Positions 30,728 to 42,292 of a stretch of DNA of 64,000 nucleotides are shown here, one piece after another. The notes beneath the pieces were generated by a model, which worked only from the letters and a program-made list of their open reading frames with translations, had not been told where the DNA came from and ran no database searches. The position numbers and the translations under genes were made by a program. Origin of the DNA: Gammaproteobacteria bacterium. Its GTDB lineage: Bacteria > Pseudomonadota > Gammaproteobacteria > Steroidobacterales > Steroidobacteraceae. The stretch covers positions 1,218 to 65,217 of the forward strand of contig JANNVI010000044.1 of assembly GCA_031414335.1 (NCBI GenBank). Direction: 5' to 3'. Position 1 is the stretch's first letter. The number at the start of each line of letters is the position of its first letter.

Positions 30728-32170
30728 TTAGGACAGCACCCGCGCGCACAGATCCAGCAGCGGCCCCGGGAACAGGCCCAGCACCAGCACCGCCAGCGCA
30801 TTGATGCCCAGAACCAGCCGCAGGCCCAGCCCTGCCCGGCTCACCGGCATATCCGCCGGCGCGTCGAAATACATGATCTTGACGATGCGCAGGTAGTAAT
30901 AAAGGCCGACCACCGACATCAGCGCTGCGATCACCAGCAGCACGGTGTGCTGCGTATTCCACAGCGCCTGGAAGATCTGCAGCTTGGCCCAGAAGCCGAC
31001 GAAGGGCGGCACGCCGGCAGTCGAGAACATCAGGAACAGCATCGCGCCGGCCAGCAGCGGATCGCGCGCATGCAGGCCGCGCAGGTGGATGATCTCCTCC
31101 GCCTCGAAACCGCTGCGGCTGGCTAACAAAATAACGCCGAAGGAGCCGAGCGCCATCAGCACGTAGACCAGCGTGTAATAGAGCGCGGCCTCGTAGCCCT
31201 GCTCCGTACCGGCGACGAAGCCGAGCAAGATGAAGCCGACGTTGCCAATCGCCGAGTAAGCCAGCATGCGCTTGAGATTGGTCTGCGCAATGGCGATCAG
31301 GTTGCCGGCCACGAGCGACAGCACCGCGATGATGCCGAACATCTCGGTCCACCAGCCATCGACGCTGCCCAGACCCTGCGACAGCAGGCGGAACGCGAGC
31401 GCGAACGAGCCGATCTTGGGCGCCGCGGCGACGAAGGCGCCGACCGCGGCAGGCGAGCCGTGGTAGACATCCGGCACCCACATGTGAAACGGTGCGGCGC
31501 CAAACTTGAAGGCCACGCCGACCACGACGAACACCACGCCTAACACGACTCCGAGCCCGGGGTTGTTGCCGAGCTTTTCGGTGAGATCGGTAAACAGCAA
31601 CGAACCGGTCAGGCCATAGATGAGCGACATGCCATAGAGCAGGCAGCCCGTCGCGATCGCGCCAAGCACGAAATACTTCATCGCGGATTCTGCCGCGACG
31701 CCGGATTCGCGATCGAAGGCCACCATCGCGTATAGCGACAGCGCCAGCAGCTCCACGCCCAGGTACATGGTCAGGAGCCCGCTCGCGGACACCATGACGC
31801 AGATGCCTAACAGCGCGGTCAGCGCGAGCACGTAGTATTCGCCGCGCAGCATGCCGCGCGATTCCAGCGACGGCCGCGAATAGAGCAAAGTCACCGCGAC
31901 GAACAGGAACGCCGCGAGCTTGAGCGTGGTGGCGAGCGGATCCGCGATGTACATCCCCGCGAACAGCAGGACTGGTTCAGTCACCGCCGCATAACGAATG
32001 GTCAGCACGGCGCCGAGCGCGATCATGAACAGCGTCAGCGTCGGCGTCAGGCGTGAGCGGCTGCGCCCCGCGAATACGTCGGCCAGCAGCACCACGCAGA
32101 TCGAGAACGCGAGCCACATTTCGGGCAGCGCCGGCTTCAGATTTGCGAGAGTCCATTGGGCGTTATGCAT
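30728..32170 (-). CDS. nuoN: NADH-quinone oxidoreductase subunit N
   Basis: Start moved to ATG 32170 (MHNAQWTLANLKPALPEMWL), just after the nuoM stop. Antiporter-like polytopic subunit at the end of the nuo operon. Confidence 0.92.
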   Translation of the reverse strand: MHNAQWTLANLKPALPEMWLAFSICVVLLADVFAGRSRSRLTPTLTLFMIALGAVLTIRYAAVTEPVLLFAGMYIADPLATTLKLAAFLFVAVTLLYSRPSLESRGMLRGEYYVLALTALLGICVMVSASGLLTMYLGVELLALSLYAMVAFDRESGVAAESAMKYFVLGAIATGCLLYGMSLIYGLTGSLLFTDLTEKLGNNPGLGVVLGVVFVVVGVAFKFGAAPFHMWVPDVYHGSPAAVGAFVAAAPKIGSFALAFRLLSQGLGSVDGWWTEMFGIIAVLSLVAGNLIAIAQTNLKRMLAYSAIGNVGFILLGFVAGTEQGYEAALYYTLVYVLMALGSFGVILLASRSGFEAEEIIHLRGLHARDPLLAGAMLFLMFSTAGVPPFVGFWAKLQIFQALWNTQHTVLLVIAALMSVVGLYYYLRIVKIMYFDAPADMPVSRAGLGLRLVLGINALAVLVLGLFPGPLLDLCARVLS

Positions 32171-32178
32171 GGCGGACC

Positions 32179-33705
32179 TTAAAGCGGCAACTTGCTGGTG
32201 AGCACTTGCTGGACCAGGTGCTGTACCGAGGCCTGGGTGATTTCGAGCAGTGGCGCGGGCCACAGGCCGATGAGCAGCACGCCGGCCGCCAGTATGCCAA
32301 GCACCAGGAACTCGCGCGGGTTCAGGTCCTCGAGTTCCGCCACGTGTTTGTTAGCCACCGGACCGAAGATGACGCGCTTGACGAGCCACAGCGTATAGGC
32401 GGCGCCGAGGATCAGCGTGGTGGCCGCGAGGAATGCAAACCAGAAATTGGCCTTGAAGGCGGCAATGATCACCAGGAACTCACCGACGAAACCCGAGGTG
32501 CCCGGCAGGCCGGAGTTCGCGAGCGCAAACAGCACCATGAAGGCGCCGAAAATCGGCATGGTGTTGATCACCCCGCCATAGGCACCGATCTCCCGGCTGT
32601 GAACGCGGTCATACAGCACGCCCACACTGAGAAACAGCGCGCCCGAAATCAGGCCATGCGAGACCATCTGCACGATCGCGCCGTCGATGCCCATGCCGGC
32701 GCCCTGCGTCATGCCGGTCTGCGTGACGATCCCGAAGGCGATGAAACAACCTAACGTGACAAACCCCATATGCGCGATCGACGAATACGCGATGAGTTTC
32801 TTCATGTCGGTCTGCACCAGCGCGACGAAGCCGATGTAGACCACGGCGATCAGCGACAGCGCGATGATGAACATGTCGAGCGAGCGGCTGGCATCGGGCG
32901 CAATTGGCAGCGAGAAACGCAGGAAGCCGTAGCCACCCATCTTCAGCATGATGGCCGCCAGCACCACCGAGCCGCCGGTTGGCGCTTCAACGTGCGCATC
33001 CGGCAACCAGGTATGGACCGGGAACATCGGCACCTTGACCGCAAACGCCGCGAAGAACGCGAGGAAAATCCAGAACTGTTCCTTGAGCGTCAGCGGCAGC
33101 GCGTGGAAGGCTGCGATTTCGTAGCTGCCCGCCTTGATGTAAAGATAGATCAGCGCGACCAGCATCAGCACCGAACCGAGGAAGGTGTACAGGAAGAATT
33201 TCAGCGTTGCGTAGACGCGCCGCGGACCGCCCCAGATGCCAATGATCAGGAACATCGGAATCAGCATCGCTTCCCAGAAAAAATAGAACAGCAGCCCGTC
33301 GAGCGATGAGAACACGCCGATCATCAGACCTTCCATGATCAGGAACGCGGCGTAGTACTGTGCGACGCGCTGCTCGATCACGGTCCAGGCGGCAATCAGC
33401 ACCGGCACGGTGATCACGGTCGTCAGCAGGATGAGTGGCAGCGAGATGCCATCGATGCCAAGGTAATAATCGGCGCTCCAGGCCTTGATCCACGGCAGGC
33501 GCTCGACGAACTGCCAGGCACTGGTGCCGGTGTCGAAGCCGGTGTAGAGCGGCACCGACGCGCCCAGCGTGACCAGGGCGATGATCAGCGCCAGCCAGCG
33601 CGCCGCCGCGACGCGGCGCTCACCTAACGCCAGCACGGCGAGACCGCCGAGGATCGGCAGCCACACCAGCAACGAAAGGAGGCCCATCTGCCGCATGTCG
33701 TTCAA
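32179..33705 (-). CDS. nuoM: NADH-quinone oxidoreductase subunit M
   Basis: 508 aa antiporter-like subunit (WLPDAHVEAPTGGSVVLA) in operon position. Confidence 0.95.
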   Translation of the reverse strand: MNDMRQMGLLSLLVWLPILGGLAVLALGERRVAAARWLALIIALVTLGASVPLYTGFDTGTSAWQFVERLPWIKAWSADYYLGIDGISLPLILLTTVITVPVLIAAWTVIEQRVAQYYAAFLIMEGLMIGVFSSLDGLLFYFFWEAMLIPMFLIIGIWGGPRRVYATLKFFLYTFLGSVLMLVALIYLYIKAGSYEIAAFHALPLTLKEQFWIFLAFFAAFAVKVPMFPVHTWLPDAHVEAPTGGSVVLAAIMLKMGGYGFLRFSLPIAPDASRSLDMFIIALSLIAVVYIGFVALVQTDMKKLIAYSSIAHMGFVTLGCFIAFGIVTQTGMTQGAGMGIDGAIVQMVSHGLISGALFLSVGVLYDRVHSREIGAYGGVINTMPIFGAFMVLFALANSGLPGTSGFVGEFLVIIAAFKANFWFAFLAATTLILGAAYTLWLVKRVIFGPVANKHVAELEDLNPREFLVLGILAAGVLLIGLWPAPLLEITQASVQHLVQQVLTSKLPL

Positions 33706-35726
33706 ACCCTGAGGACGAACCAGCCCAGCAACAACGCCAGGCCGATCACCATCCAGAATGCATAGGAATACAGGTAGCCGGTCTGCACGCGACGCGCCAT
33801 GCCGGCCAGCGATTCGACGATACCCGCGGCGCCGTCAACCAGGCCGCGATCGATGATGGCCTGGTCCCCGCCCTTCCACAGGCCCGTGCCTAACAGACGG
33901 CTGCCGGCCGCGAGCACGTTTTCATTGAACCAGTCAAAGCCGTACTTGCGCTCCAGGACCCACCGCGGCACCGCGAAGATCTGCGCGAGGCGATCGGCGG
34001 TGGCCGGGCTCTTCAGGAACAGGTACCAGGCGGTCAGCACGCCCGCCGCGGCAAGCCAGAACGGCGGCGCGGCCAGGCCATGCAGCGCGAAATTCGCCCA
34101 GCCGTGGAATTCGCCGGCCAACTCGCCAACCACATTGTTGGCTTCGCGAACAAAGATCGCGTTGCCGAATGCGCCGCCGAACAGCAGCGGACCCACGGTC
34201 ATGGCGCCGATGAAGATCGACGGGATCGCGAGCGCAATCAGCGGTACCGTGACCACCGCGGGGCTCTCATGCGGTTCGCCGCCGCCATGCCCATGTGCAT
34301 GGTCGTCGTGCGCGTGCTTGTCGTGCCCATGAGCGTGATCATCGTGCGCCGCCCAGCGCGCTTCGCCGTGGAAGGTCAAGAACAGCATGCGGAAGGTATA
34401 GAGCGCGGTGACAAAGACGCCGATCAGCACGCAGTAGTAGGCGTATTTCGCGCCGAAGCGATGCGACTCCTTGACCGAGTCGATGATGAAATCCTTGGAA
34501 TAGAACCCCGAGAAGAACGGCGTGCCGATCAGCGCCAGCGAGCCAATCCAGCAGGTAATCGCGGTGATCTTCATCTTGCTGAACAGGCCGCCCATCTTGC
34601 GCATGTCCTGTTCGTGGTGCATGCCGATGATCACCGAGCCCGCGGCGAGGAACAGCAGCGCCTTGAAGAACGCATGCGTCATCAGGTGGAAGATCGCAAC
34701 GCTGTAGGCCGACGCGCCCAGCGCGACCGTCATGTAACCGAGCTGCGACAAAGTCGAATACGCGATCACGCGCTTGATGTCGTTGTTGATGATGCCGAGG
34801 AAACCCATGAACAGCGCCGTGGTCGCGCCGATGATCAGCACGAAGCTGAGCGCCGCCTCTGAAAACTCGAACAGCGGCGACATGCGCGCAACCATGAAGA
34901 TGCCGGCGGTCACCATGGTCGCCGCATGGATCAGGGCCGAGATCGGCGTCGGGCCTTCCATGGAATCTGGCAGCCAGACGTGCAGCGGCACCTGCGCGGA
35001 CTTGCCCATCGCGCCGATAAAGAGACAGACGCAGATCAGCGTCAGCGCCGACACGCTGGTGGTCGCGGTCAGCGCAAACTGCGCGCCGGCGATGGATTCC
35101 GCGGATTCGAACGCCCGCAGGTAATCCAGCGAGCCGGTGTAGTACACGACGCCGGCGATGCCTAACACGAAGCCGAAGTCGCCGACCCGGTTGACGAGAA
35201 ACGCCTTGAGGTTCGCGAATATCGCGGACGGCCTGGTATACCAGAAGCCGATCAGCAGGTAGGACACCACGCCCACCGCTTCCCAGCCAAAGAACAGCTG
35301 CATGAAGTTGTTGGCCATCACCAGCATCAGCATCGAGAACGTGAACAGCGAGATGTAGCTGAAGAAGCGCTGGTAACCGTCGTCGTCATGCATGTAGCCG
35401 ATGGTGTAGACATGCACGCACAGCGATACGAACGTGACCACCACCATCATCAGCGCGGTCAGCTGATCGACCAGGAAACCGATCTCCATCGAGATGCCGT
35501 CGCTGACCAGCCAGGTATAGACCGTGCCGTTGTAGACGCCCACATGACCGGAAAAGAGGTCCCAGGCGATCTTGCCGGAGAGCGCACAGGAACCCGCTAC
35601 CGCGAGAATCGTGAGCCAGTGCGACGCCGCGCGGCCGATCCGGCGGCCAAGCAGCCCGGCGATCACCGCGGCCACCAGCGGCAACAGCGGAATCCAGAGC
35701 AGCAGCGTGGGATTCATGGAATTCAA
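33702..35726 (-). CDS. nuoL: NADH-quinone oxidoreductase subunit L
   Basis: 674 aa (LFFGWEAVGVVSYLLIGFW, WLPDSMEGPTPISALIHAATMV) with a C-terminal lateral-helix extension. Confidence 0.95.
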   Translation of the reverse strand: MNSMNPTLLLWIPLLPLVAAVIAGLLGRRIGRAASHWLTILAVAGSCALSGKIAWDLFSGHVGVYNGTVYTWLVSDGISMEIGFLVDQLTALMMVVVTFVSLCVHVYTIGYMHDDDGYQRFFSYISLFTFSMLMLVMANNFMQLFFGWEAVGVVSYLLIGFWYTRPSAIFANLKAFLVNRVGDFGFVLGIAGVVYYTGSLDYLRAFESAESIAGAQFALTATTSVSALTLICVCLFIGAMGKSAQVPLHVWLPDSMEGPTPISALIHAATMVTAGIFMVARMSPLFEFSEAALSFVLIIGATTALFMGFLGIINNDIKRVIAYSTLSQLGYMTVALGASAYSVAIFHLMTHAFFKALLFLAAGSVIIGMHHEQDMRKMGGLFSKMKITAITCWIGSLALIGTPFFSGFYSKDFIIDSVKESHRFGAKYAYYCVLIGVFVTALYTFRMLFLTFHGEARWAAHDDHAHGHDKHAHDDHAHGHGGGEPHESPAVVTVPLIALAIPSIFIGAMTVGPLLFGGAFGNAIFVREANNVVGELAGEFHGWANFALHGLAAPPFWLAAAGVLTAWYLFLKSPATADRLAQIFAVPRWVLERKYGFDWFNENVLAAGSRLLGTGLWKGGDQAIIDRGLVDGAAGIVESLAGMARRVQTGYLYSYAFWMVIGLALLLGWFVLRV

Positions 35727-35728
35727 GC

Positions 35729-36034
35729 TCAGCCCTTCATCGTATTCAGGTCTTCGACATTGATGCTGCGCCGTTCACGGAACAGCACCACCAGGATTGC
35801 GAGGCCGATCGCCGATTCCGCCGCCGCCACCGTCAGCACGAAGAACACAAAGATCTGGCCGTCCATATCGTTGAGAAAACGCGAGAACGAAACGAAATTG
35901 AAATTGACCGCCAGCAGCATCAGCTCGATGCACATCAGCAGCAGGATGACATTCTTGCGATTGAGGAAAATGCCGGCGATCGCAATGGCAAACAGGATGC
36001 CGCCTAACACCAGCAGCTGCGTCAGGGTAATCAT
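35729..36034 (-). CDS. nuoK: NADH-quinone oxidoreductase subunit K
   Basis: 101 aa, three TM helices ([13 protein letters not shown]). Confidence 0.95.
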   Translation of the reverse strand: MITLTQLLVLGGILFAIAIAGIFLNRKNVILLLMCIELMLLAVNFNFVSFSRFLNDMDGQIFVFFVLTVAAAESAIGLAILVVLFRERRSINVEDLNTMKG

Positions 36035-36648
36035 GGCGCCGGCCTCTCGTCTTTTCTATGGGGCTCAACCTTGACCATGCGTACCCGGTCGGCGGCGTTG
36101 ACCGACACCTGGCGATTGATGTCCTGCACCTTGAGCCCCGGTCGCTTGCGCATGGTCAGCGCGATGGCGGCCACGATGGCAACCAGCAGCAACATCGCCG
36201 CCAGTTCCAGCGGGTAGATGTAGTCGGTATATAACAAGGTGCCGAGATCGCGGGTATTGCTGTACCCGGCCGGCAGCGGTGTGACGCCCGCGCCTACGTC
36301 CAGCCCGAACCCGACCGCGGCGACCACGCCGACAATCTCGATGATGACCGCGAGCGCGACCAGCCAGCCAAGCCACGCGAAGCGCGTGAAGCCAAGGCGG
36401 ATTTCTTCCAGGTTGATATCCAGCATCATCACGACGAACAGGAACAGCACCATCACCGCACCGACATAGACCAGCACCAGCACGATCGCGAGGAACTCCG
36501 CCTGGATCAGCAACCAGATGGCCGCGCTGGTGAAAAACGCCAGCACCAGCAACAGCGCGGAATGCACCGGATTGCGCGCCACGATGACGCCGAGCGCCGA
36601 CGCGACCAGCACCGCAGCGAACCCCCAGAACAGAATCGTGACTAACAC
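36031..36648 (-). CDS. nuoJ: NADH-quinone oxidoreductase subunit J
   Basis: 205 aa with a GTG start. Membrane subunit in operon position. Confidence 0.9.
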   Translation of the reverse strand: MLVTILFWGFAAVLVASALGVIVARNPVHSALLLVLAFFTSAAIWLLIQAEFLAIVLVLVYVGAVMVLFLFVVMMLDINLEEIRLGFTRFAWLGWLVALAVIIEIVGVVAAVGFGLDVGAGVTPLPAGYSNTRDLGTLLYTDYIYPLELAAMLLLVAIVAAIALTMRKRPGLKVQDINRQVSVNAADRVRMVKVEPHRKDERPAP

Positions 36649-36659
36649 CCTATTCGCTC

Positions 36660-37139
36660 CTAACGGTACGGCGCGTCTGCGGCTTTGTCGGCGGCGATCA
36701 TCGCGTCATAGCGCTCGCCAATTGCCAGCAGCTTGTCCTTGGACATGATGTTCTCGCCGCGGTTTTCCATGTGATATTCATGAATCCGGGTTTCGACGAT
36801 CGCATCGACCGGGCAGGCTTCCTCGCAGAAGCCGCAATAAATGCACTTGAACAGATCGATGTCGTAGCGCGTCGTGCGGCGCGTGCCGTCCGCGGCCACA
36901 TCCGATTCGATCGTGATCGCCAGCGCCGGACACGCCGCCTCGCACAGCTTGCAGGCGATGCAGCGCTCCTCGCCGTTAGGATAGCGCCGCAGCGCATGCA
37001 GGCCGCGAAACCGCACCGACTGCGGGGTTTTTTCTTCCGGATAGTTGATCGTGAATTTCTTGCGGAACAGCGTGCGCGCGGTGAGCCACATGCCCTTGCG
37101 CAGTTCCGACAATGTCAGCGTTTTCCAGATCTGCGCCAT
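36660..37139 (-). CDS. nuoI: NADH-quinone oxidoreductase subunit I
   Basis: 159 aa with two 4Fe-4S ferredoxin motifs ([24 protein letters not shown]). Confidence 0.97.
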   Translation of the reverse strand: MAQIWKTLTLSELRKGMWLTARTLFRKKFTINYPEEKTPQSVRFRGLHALRRYPNGEERCIACKLCEAACPALAITIESDVAADGTRRTTRYDIDLFKCIYCGFCEEACPVDAIVETRIHEYHMENRGENIMSKDKLLAIGERYDAMIAADKAADAPYR

Positions 37140-37140
37140 G

Positions 37141-38223
37141 TCAGTGCTTCCAGGGTCCGATTCGGAAAAAAGCCGCCAGGCCTTCGACGAAGATCCACAC
37201 CAGCGTCACGGGAATCAGGACCTTCCAGCCGAGCCGCATGATCTGGTCGTAGCGATAGCGCGGAAAAGTCGCCCGGTACCACATGAACGCCGTCAGGAAG
37301 AACACCAGCTTGAGCAGCAGCCAGACAACGCTTGAGACCATCAGGAACTGCAGGAAAGTGCCTTGCAGGAACGACCAGCCCTCGAACGGACTCAGCCAGC
37401 CGCCCATGAAAAATACCGCGGTCAGGCCCGAAATGAGGATCATGTTCGCGTATTCGGCCAGGAAGAACAGCGCGAATGCGATGCCCGAGTACTCGACATG
37501 AAAACCCGCGACGATTTCCGACTCGCCTTCCGCAACGTCGAACGGCGCGCGATTGGTTTCCGCGAGTCCCGAAATGACATACACGACGAACAGCGGCAGC
37601 AGCGGCAGGAAATACCAGTTCGAGAACCCGCCCTGCTGGCCACGGACGATCTCGCCGAGGTTCAGGCTGCCGGCCGCCATGACCACGCCCACCAGCGCAA
37701 AGCCCATCGCAATTTCATAGGCGACGATTTGCGCCGCGGAGCGCATCGCACCTAACAGCGCGTACTTGGAATTCGAGGCCCAGCCGGCAATGATGATGCC
37801 GTACACGCCAACCGAGGTCAGCGACAGCACGTACAGTAGACCGGCATCGATTTTCGCGATGGTCAGGTTCGGATCGAGCGGCATGACCGCCCAGATCGCA
37901 AACGCAGGGATCAGCGTGATCATCGGCGCCAGCCGGAACAGCACCTTGTTAGCGGCCGACGGAATGACGACTTCCTTGACCAGCAGCTTGATGACGTCCG
38001 CGAACGGCTGGAAGATGCCCGGGAGCAGGCCAAAGATGCTGCCAACGCGGTTGGGTCCCTTGCGCAGCTGCATCCAGCCGATGACCTTGCGTTCCCACAG
38101 GGTCGTGAAGGCGACGCTGAGTATCAGTGTCACCGTGACGATCAGGATCCAGACGGTCGAGACCAGCGCGGATTGCAGCTCTGGGGCCAATCCGGGAAGC
38201 AAGGTGGCGATGAGTTTGCCCAT
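37141..38223 (-). CDS. nuoH: NADH-quinone oxidoreductase subunit H
   Basis: 360 aa ([27 protein letters not shown]). Confidence 0.96.
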   Translation of the reverse strand: MGKLIATLLPGLAPELQSALVSTVWILIVTVTLILSVAFTTLWERKVIGWMQLRKGPNRVGSIFGLLPGIFQPFADVIKLLVKEVVIPSAANKVLFRLAPMITLIPAFAIWAVMPLDPNLTIAKIDAGLLYVLSLTSVGVYGIIIAGWASNSKYALLGAMRSAAQIVAYEIAMGFALVGVVMAAGSLNLGEIVRGQQGGFSNWYFLPLLPLFVVYVISGLAETNRAPFDVAEGESEIVAGFHVEYSGIAFALFFLAEYANMILISGLTAVFFMGGWLSPFEGWSFLQGTFLQFLMVSSVVWLLLKLVFFLTAFMWYRATFPRYRYDQIMRLGWKVLIPVTLVWIFVEGLAAFFRIGPWKH

Positions 38224-38231
38224 GCTTGCGC

Positions 38232-40415
38232 TCAGCCCAGCGCCCGAATTGATTGCAGCGCTGGCGCGCGCCGCACCAATGCGTCGATGCGATACGGCAG
38301 GAACCCGTAGCCTGTGGGCTGGACCATGCCGCTCAGCGCGCCGACCGGCTCGGCGCCGACTGGCTTGTCATCTGCGGACGCGCAGATCTTCTGCAGCTCG
38401 TCGCGGATGTCCTCCGAGCTGTTGTAGTCGAAGCCGGGCAGATTCAGCAGGTTGCCCAGCACGCGCAGGATCTTCCAGCCGGGCCGCGCCTCGCCCTGCG
38501 GCGGAATTGCGCCCGCCCAGCTCTGCCAGCGGCCCTCGAGACTCACGAACGTACCCGAGGATTCGGCAAAGCTGCCCATCGGCAACAACACCTGGGCCGC
38601 GCGCAGCAAATCCGCCGAGGCATACGGCGTTATCGCCGCCAGGAATTTCGCGCCAGCTAACAACCTGAGGTCCGCGCCGCCCGCGGCGTCCAGCCAGGGC
38701 TCCACGCCGCCCACCAGCAGGTAGCCATTGGACGGCTGGGCGAGCATCTGCGCCGCATTCCGGCCCGGCTTGGCAATGGTATTTCCGCCCGCCTCACGGT
38801 GTGGCACGGCGCCAGCGAGGTAGGCACCGGTCGCATTGGCGCCCTCCGCCAGCACACCTAACGACGCGCCGACGACGCCCGCGAGCACTGCCGCCAACGC
38901 CCTGATCTCGGCGTAGGCCGGGTGCCTGATTGCTAACGCGCCTAGCCAGATCGCACAGTTGCCGCCGTTCACGAACGCCGCGGCTGCGGCCCGGTGCTGC
39001 TCGTTCACGGTCGCGGCCTTGATGCGCCCGTACAGCCAGGCAGGCAGCGCCGGGGAACCCGGTATGGCAGCAATCACCGCGACCAGATCGTCGACGAGCC
39101 GGGCAAACGAGGATTGCACGTAGCCGGTCACCGGGAACAGGTAGTCGAAAGAGGCTGGATTCACGAACGCGATCTTTGCGCCAAGTCGCGTCGCCTTCCT
39201 GACCCGGTGCGCGAGCATCGGCAGTTCCATGCGCAGATCCGAGCCGATGACCAGCAGCCCGGAGAGCTTTTCGACATCGGCAATTGCCACGCCGAGCGAG
39301 GGCTGCAGCGAGTCGTCGCCATCGCCGCGGAAATCCACCTGGCGCAGGCGATGATCGACGCTGTTAGATCCAAGCGCGCGCGTCAGTCGCGCGGCCAGGT
39401 ACTGTTCTTCCACCGTTGCCGACGCAGACACCAGCGTATCGAGGCCCGCCCCCGCCGCCCGCAGACCATTCGCGCAACGCGTCAGCGCCGTCTGCCAGTC
39501 GACCTTGCGCCACTCGCCGCCCTCGCGGACCATCGGGCTCGTGAGCCGATCGTTCGCATAGATGCCCTCGTAGCTGAATCGATCGCGATCCGAAATCCAG
39601 GTTTCGTTGATCGCCTCGTTGGACCGCGGCACGACCCGCATCAGGCGGCCACGCAATACATGCGCATAAATGTTGGATCCGATGCCGTCATGCGGCGCCA
39701 CCAGCGCGTGCTGGGTCATCTCCCAGGCGCGGGCACGGAACCGGAACGGCTTGGAGTTCAGCGCACCGACCGGGCACAGGTCGATAATATTCCCGGACAA
39801 TTCGTGATCGACGCTGCGCTCTATGAAGGTGCCGATCTCCATGTTTTCGCCGCGGCCGGTGGTACCGAGTTCCTGGATGCCCGCGATGTCCTGGCCGAAG
39901 CGCACACAGCGCGTGCAATGAATGCAGCGTGTCATGTCGGTGGAAATCAACGGACCGATGTTCTTGTCCTTGACGACGCGCTTGCGTTCGTGGAAGCGCG
40001 AGATATCGCGGCCGAAACCCATCGCCAGGTCCTGCAGCTCGCACTCGCCGCCCTGGTCGCAGATCGGGCAATCGAGCGGATGGTTGATCAGCAGGAACTC
40101 CATGGTCGCGCGTTGCGCCGCGATGGCGTTAGGCGACTTGGTAAAGATCTTCATGCCCTCGGCGATCGGCGTCGCACATGCCGGCAGCGGCTTGGGCGCT
40201 TTCTCGACCTCGACCAGGCACATGCGGCAGTTGGCTGCGATCGGCAGCTTGTCGTGATAACAGAAACGCGGCACGTAGGCGTCGCTGGCATCCGTGACAT
40301 GGATGATCATCGCGCCCTTCCTGCCCTGGCAGGGTTTGCCGTCGACTTCGACGTTGACCATGTCAGACGCGGGGGGCTGTGGCGGCGGAACGACGACTTT
40401 CGGATCTGCTGCCAT
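38232..40415 (-). CDS. nuoG: NADH-quinone oxidoreductase subunit G
   Basis: 727 aa. N-terminal 2Fe-2S/4Fe-4S cysteine clusters ([43 protein letters not shown]). Confidence 0.96.
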   Translation of the reverse strand: MAADPKVVVPPPQPPASDMVNVEVDGKPCQGRKGAMIIHVTDASDAYVPRFCYHDKLPIAANCRMCLVEVEKAPKPLPACATPIAEGMKIFTKSPNAIAAQRATMEFLLINHPLDCPICDQGGECELQDLAMGFGRDISRFHERKRVVKDKNIGPLISTDMTRCIHCTRCVRFGQDIAGIQELGTTGRGENMEIGTFIERSVDHELSGNIIDLCPVGALNSKPFRFRARAWEMTQHALVAPHDGIGSNIYAHVLRGRLMRVVPRSNEAINETWISDRDRFSYEGIYANDRLTSPMVREGGEWRKVDWQTALTRCANGLRAAGAGLDTLVSASATVEEQYLAARLTRALGSNSVDHRLRQVDFRGDGDDSLQPSLGVAIADVEKLSGLLVIGSDLRMELPMLAHRVRKATRLGAKIAFVNPASFDYLFPVTGYVQSSFARLVDDLVAVIAAIPGSPALPAWLYGRIKAATVNEQHRAAAAAFVNGGNCAIWLGALAIRHPAYAEIRALAAVLAGVVGASLGVLAEGANATGAYLAGAVPHREAGGNTIAKPGRNAAQMLAQPSNGYLLVGGVEPWLDAAGGADLRLLAGAKFLAAITPYASADLLRAAQVLLPMGSFAESSGTFVSLEGRWQSWAGAIPPQGEARPGWKILRVLGNLLNLPGFDYNSSEDIRDELQKICASADDKPVGAEPVGALSGMVQPTGYGFLPYRIDALVRRAPALQSIRALG

Positions 40416-40418
40416 GGC

Positions 40419-41744
40419 CTACGCTGCCGCCTGCTTCTGGCCGTCGACGATACTGCGGCCGCCGTGCTGGATCATGTACTCGAACTCATGCCGGAAGTGC
40501 TTGATGAAACTCTGTACCGGCCAGGCCGCGGCATCGCCGAGCGCGCAGATCGTATGACCCTCGATTCTGTTAGCCACGTCGACCAGCAGATTCAGATCGT
40601 CCATGTGACCCTGACCCGCCAGGATTCGCTTCAGCATCCGGTTGAGCCAGCCCGTGCCTTCGCGGCAGGGTGTGCACTGCCCGCAGGACTCGCTCATGTA
40701 GAAGCGCGACAGGCGCTCGAGCGCGCCCACCATGCAGGTGGTCTCATCCATGACGATGACCGCCGCCGAACCCACAGACGACCCGGCCGCGCGCAGCGAG
40801 TCGAAATCCATGTTCGCGGCCATGATGATCGATCCGGGAACGACCTTGACCGACGAACCACCGGGAATCACGGCCTTCAGGCCGCGCCCGCCGCGCACCC
40901 CGCCGGCGATCTCGAGCAGGTCCGCAAACGGAATACCTAACGGCAGCTCGTAGTTGCCGGGCTTGTTGACATGCCCGGTTACCGAAAAGATCGCTGTGCC
41001 GCCCGAATTCGTCACGCCGAGCCTGGCAAACCACTCCGGGCCGTTCTGCAGGATCTTGGGCACCGAGGCGTAGCTCTGGGTGTTGTTGATCGTCGTCGGC
41101 GCGCCGTAGAGACCGTAGGCGGCGGGGAACGGCGGCTTGAAGCGCGGTTTGCCCTGCTTCCCTTCCAGCGACTCGAGCAGCGCGGTTTCTTCGCCGCAGA
41201 TATAGGCGCCGGCGCCGACAAACGTGTACAGGTCGAAGTCGACGCCCGAGCCGAGGATGTTCTTGCCTAACAAACCGGCCGCGTAGGCTTCCTTGACAGC
41301 GGCCTCGAAGCGCGGCACCGGCTCGCCGAGGAACTCGCCGCGGATGTAGTTGTAGCCAACGGTTGCGCCCATCGCATAACCACCGATCGCCATGCCTTCG
41401 ATCAGCGAGTGCGGATTGAAACGCAGGATGTCGCGGTCGTGGCAGGTGCCGGGCTCGCTCTCGTCGGAATTGCAGACCGCATACTTCTGCATCGGCGCAT
41501 TGCGCGGCATGAAGCTCCACTTCGTGCCGGTCGGGAATCCTGCGCCGCCGCGGCCGCGCAGGCCGCTCGCCTTCACGGATTCGATCACCGCCTCGCGCGT
41601 GATCTTGTCGGCGAGAATTTTTTTCCAGGACTCGTAGCCGCCACTTTTCTGGTAGCCGCCGAGCGTCCAGGGTTTTTCATCCTTCAGCGGCGCGAACACC
41701 ACCAGGTTCATCTTGTCGCGCCATTTATCGAGTGCTGCGCTCAT
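40419..41744 (-). CDS. nuoF: NADH-quinone oxidoreductase subunit F
   Basis: 441 aa with the FMN/NADH site [13 protein letters not shown] and the 4Fe-4S motif [12 protein letters not shown]. Confidence 0.97.
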   Translation of the reverse strand: MSAALDKWRDKMNLVVFAPLKDEKPWTLGGYQKSGGYESWKKILADKITREAVIESVKASGLRGRGGAGFPTGTKWSFMPRNAPMQKYAVCNSDESEPGTCHDRDILRFNPHSLIEGMAIGGYAMGATVGYNYIRGEFLGEPVPRFEAAVKEAYAAGLLGKNILGSGVDFDLYTFVGAGAYICGEETALLESLEGKQGKPRFKPPFPAAYGLYGAPTTINNTQSYASVPKILQNGPEWFARLGVTNSGGTAIFSVTGHVNKPGNYELPLGIPFADLLEIAGGVRGGRGLKAVIPGGSSVKVVPGSIIMAANMDFDSLRAAGSSVGSAAVIVMDETTCMVGALERLSRFYMSESCGQCTPCREGTGWLNRMLKRILAGQGHMDDLNLLVDVANRIEGHTICALGDAAAWPVQSFIKHFRHEFEYMIQHGGRSIVDGQKQAAA

Positions 41745-41746
41745 GA

Positions 41747-42292
41747 CTATTTCAGCTCATCCAGTATCTGATCCACTTTGTCCGTGGTCAGGTGCTCGTG
41801 AAACACGTGATCCACCATCATCATCGGCGCGCCGGTGCAGGACGCGAGGCACTCTTCTTCCTGCTTCAGGAAGATGCGCAGGTCCGGCGTGCTCTCGCCG
41901 ACCTTGATGCCGAGTTTCTTTTCGCAGTGCGCCAGGATCGCCTCGCCGCCATTCAGCCAGCAGGAGATGTTAGTGCAGACGCTGACGTGGTGGCGCCCGC
42001 ACTTGTGCGTCTCGAACATCGAGTAAAAGCTGGCGACTTCATAGATCTGGATCGACGGCAGGCGCAGATACTGCGCCACCGCATCCATCAGATCGGTGGT
42101 CAGGAAACCGTTGTTCTGTTCCTGCGCAAACCGCAGCGCCGACAGGCTGGCCGAACGCTGGCGGCCCGCCGGGAAGCGCCCGATCCACTGGTCGATCTCA
42201 TGCCGCGTGTGCTCTGTCAGCAGCGCGACCTTGTCGCCGCTGCCTGGCTCGAACCCCTGGCCATCCGCGGTTTTTACCTGGCCGTTAGTCAC
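41747..42292 (-). CDS. nuoE: NADH-quinone oxidoreductase subunit E
   Basis: Frame of ORF 41747..42412. The likely start is GTG 42290-42292, overlapping the nuoD TGA (GTGA). 2Fe-2S cysteines (VCTNISCWL...CLASCTGAP). Confidence 0.88.
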   Translation of the reverse strand: MTNGQVKTADGQGFEPGSGDKVALLTEHTRHEIDQWIGRFPAGRQRSASLSALRFAQEQNNGFLTTDLMDAVAQYLRLPSIQIYEVASFYSMFETHKCGRHHVSVCTNISCWLNGGEAILAHCEKKLGIKVGESTPDLRIFLKQEEECLASCTGAPMMMVDHVFHEHLTTDKVDQILDELK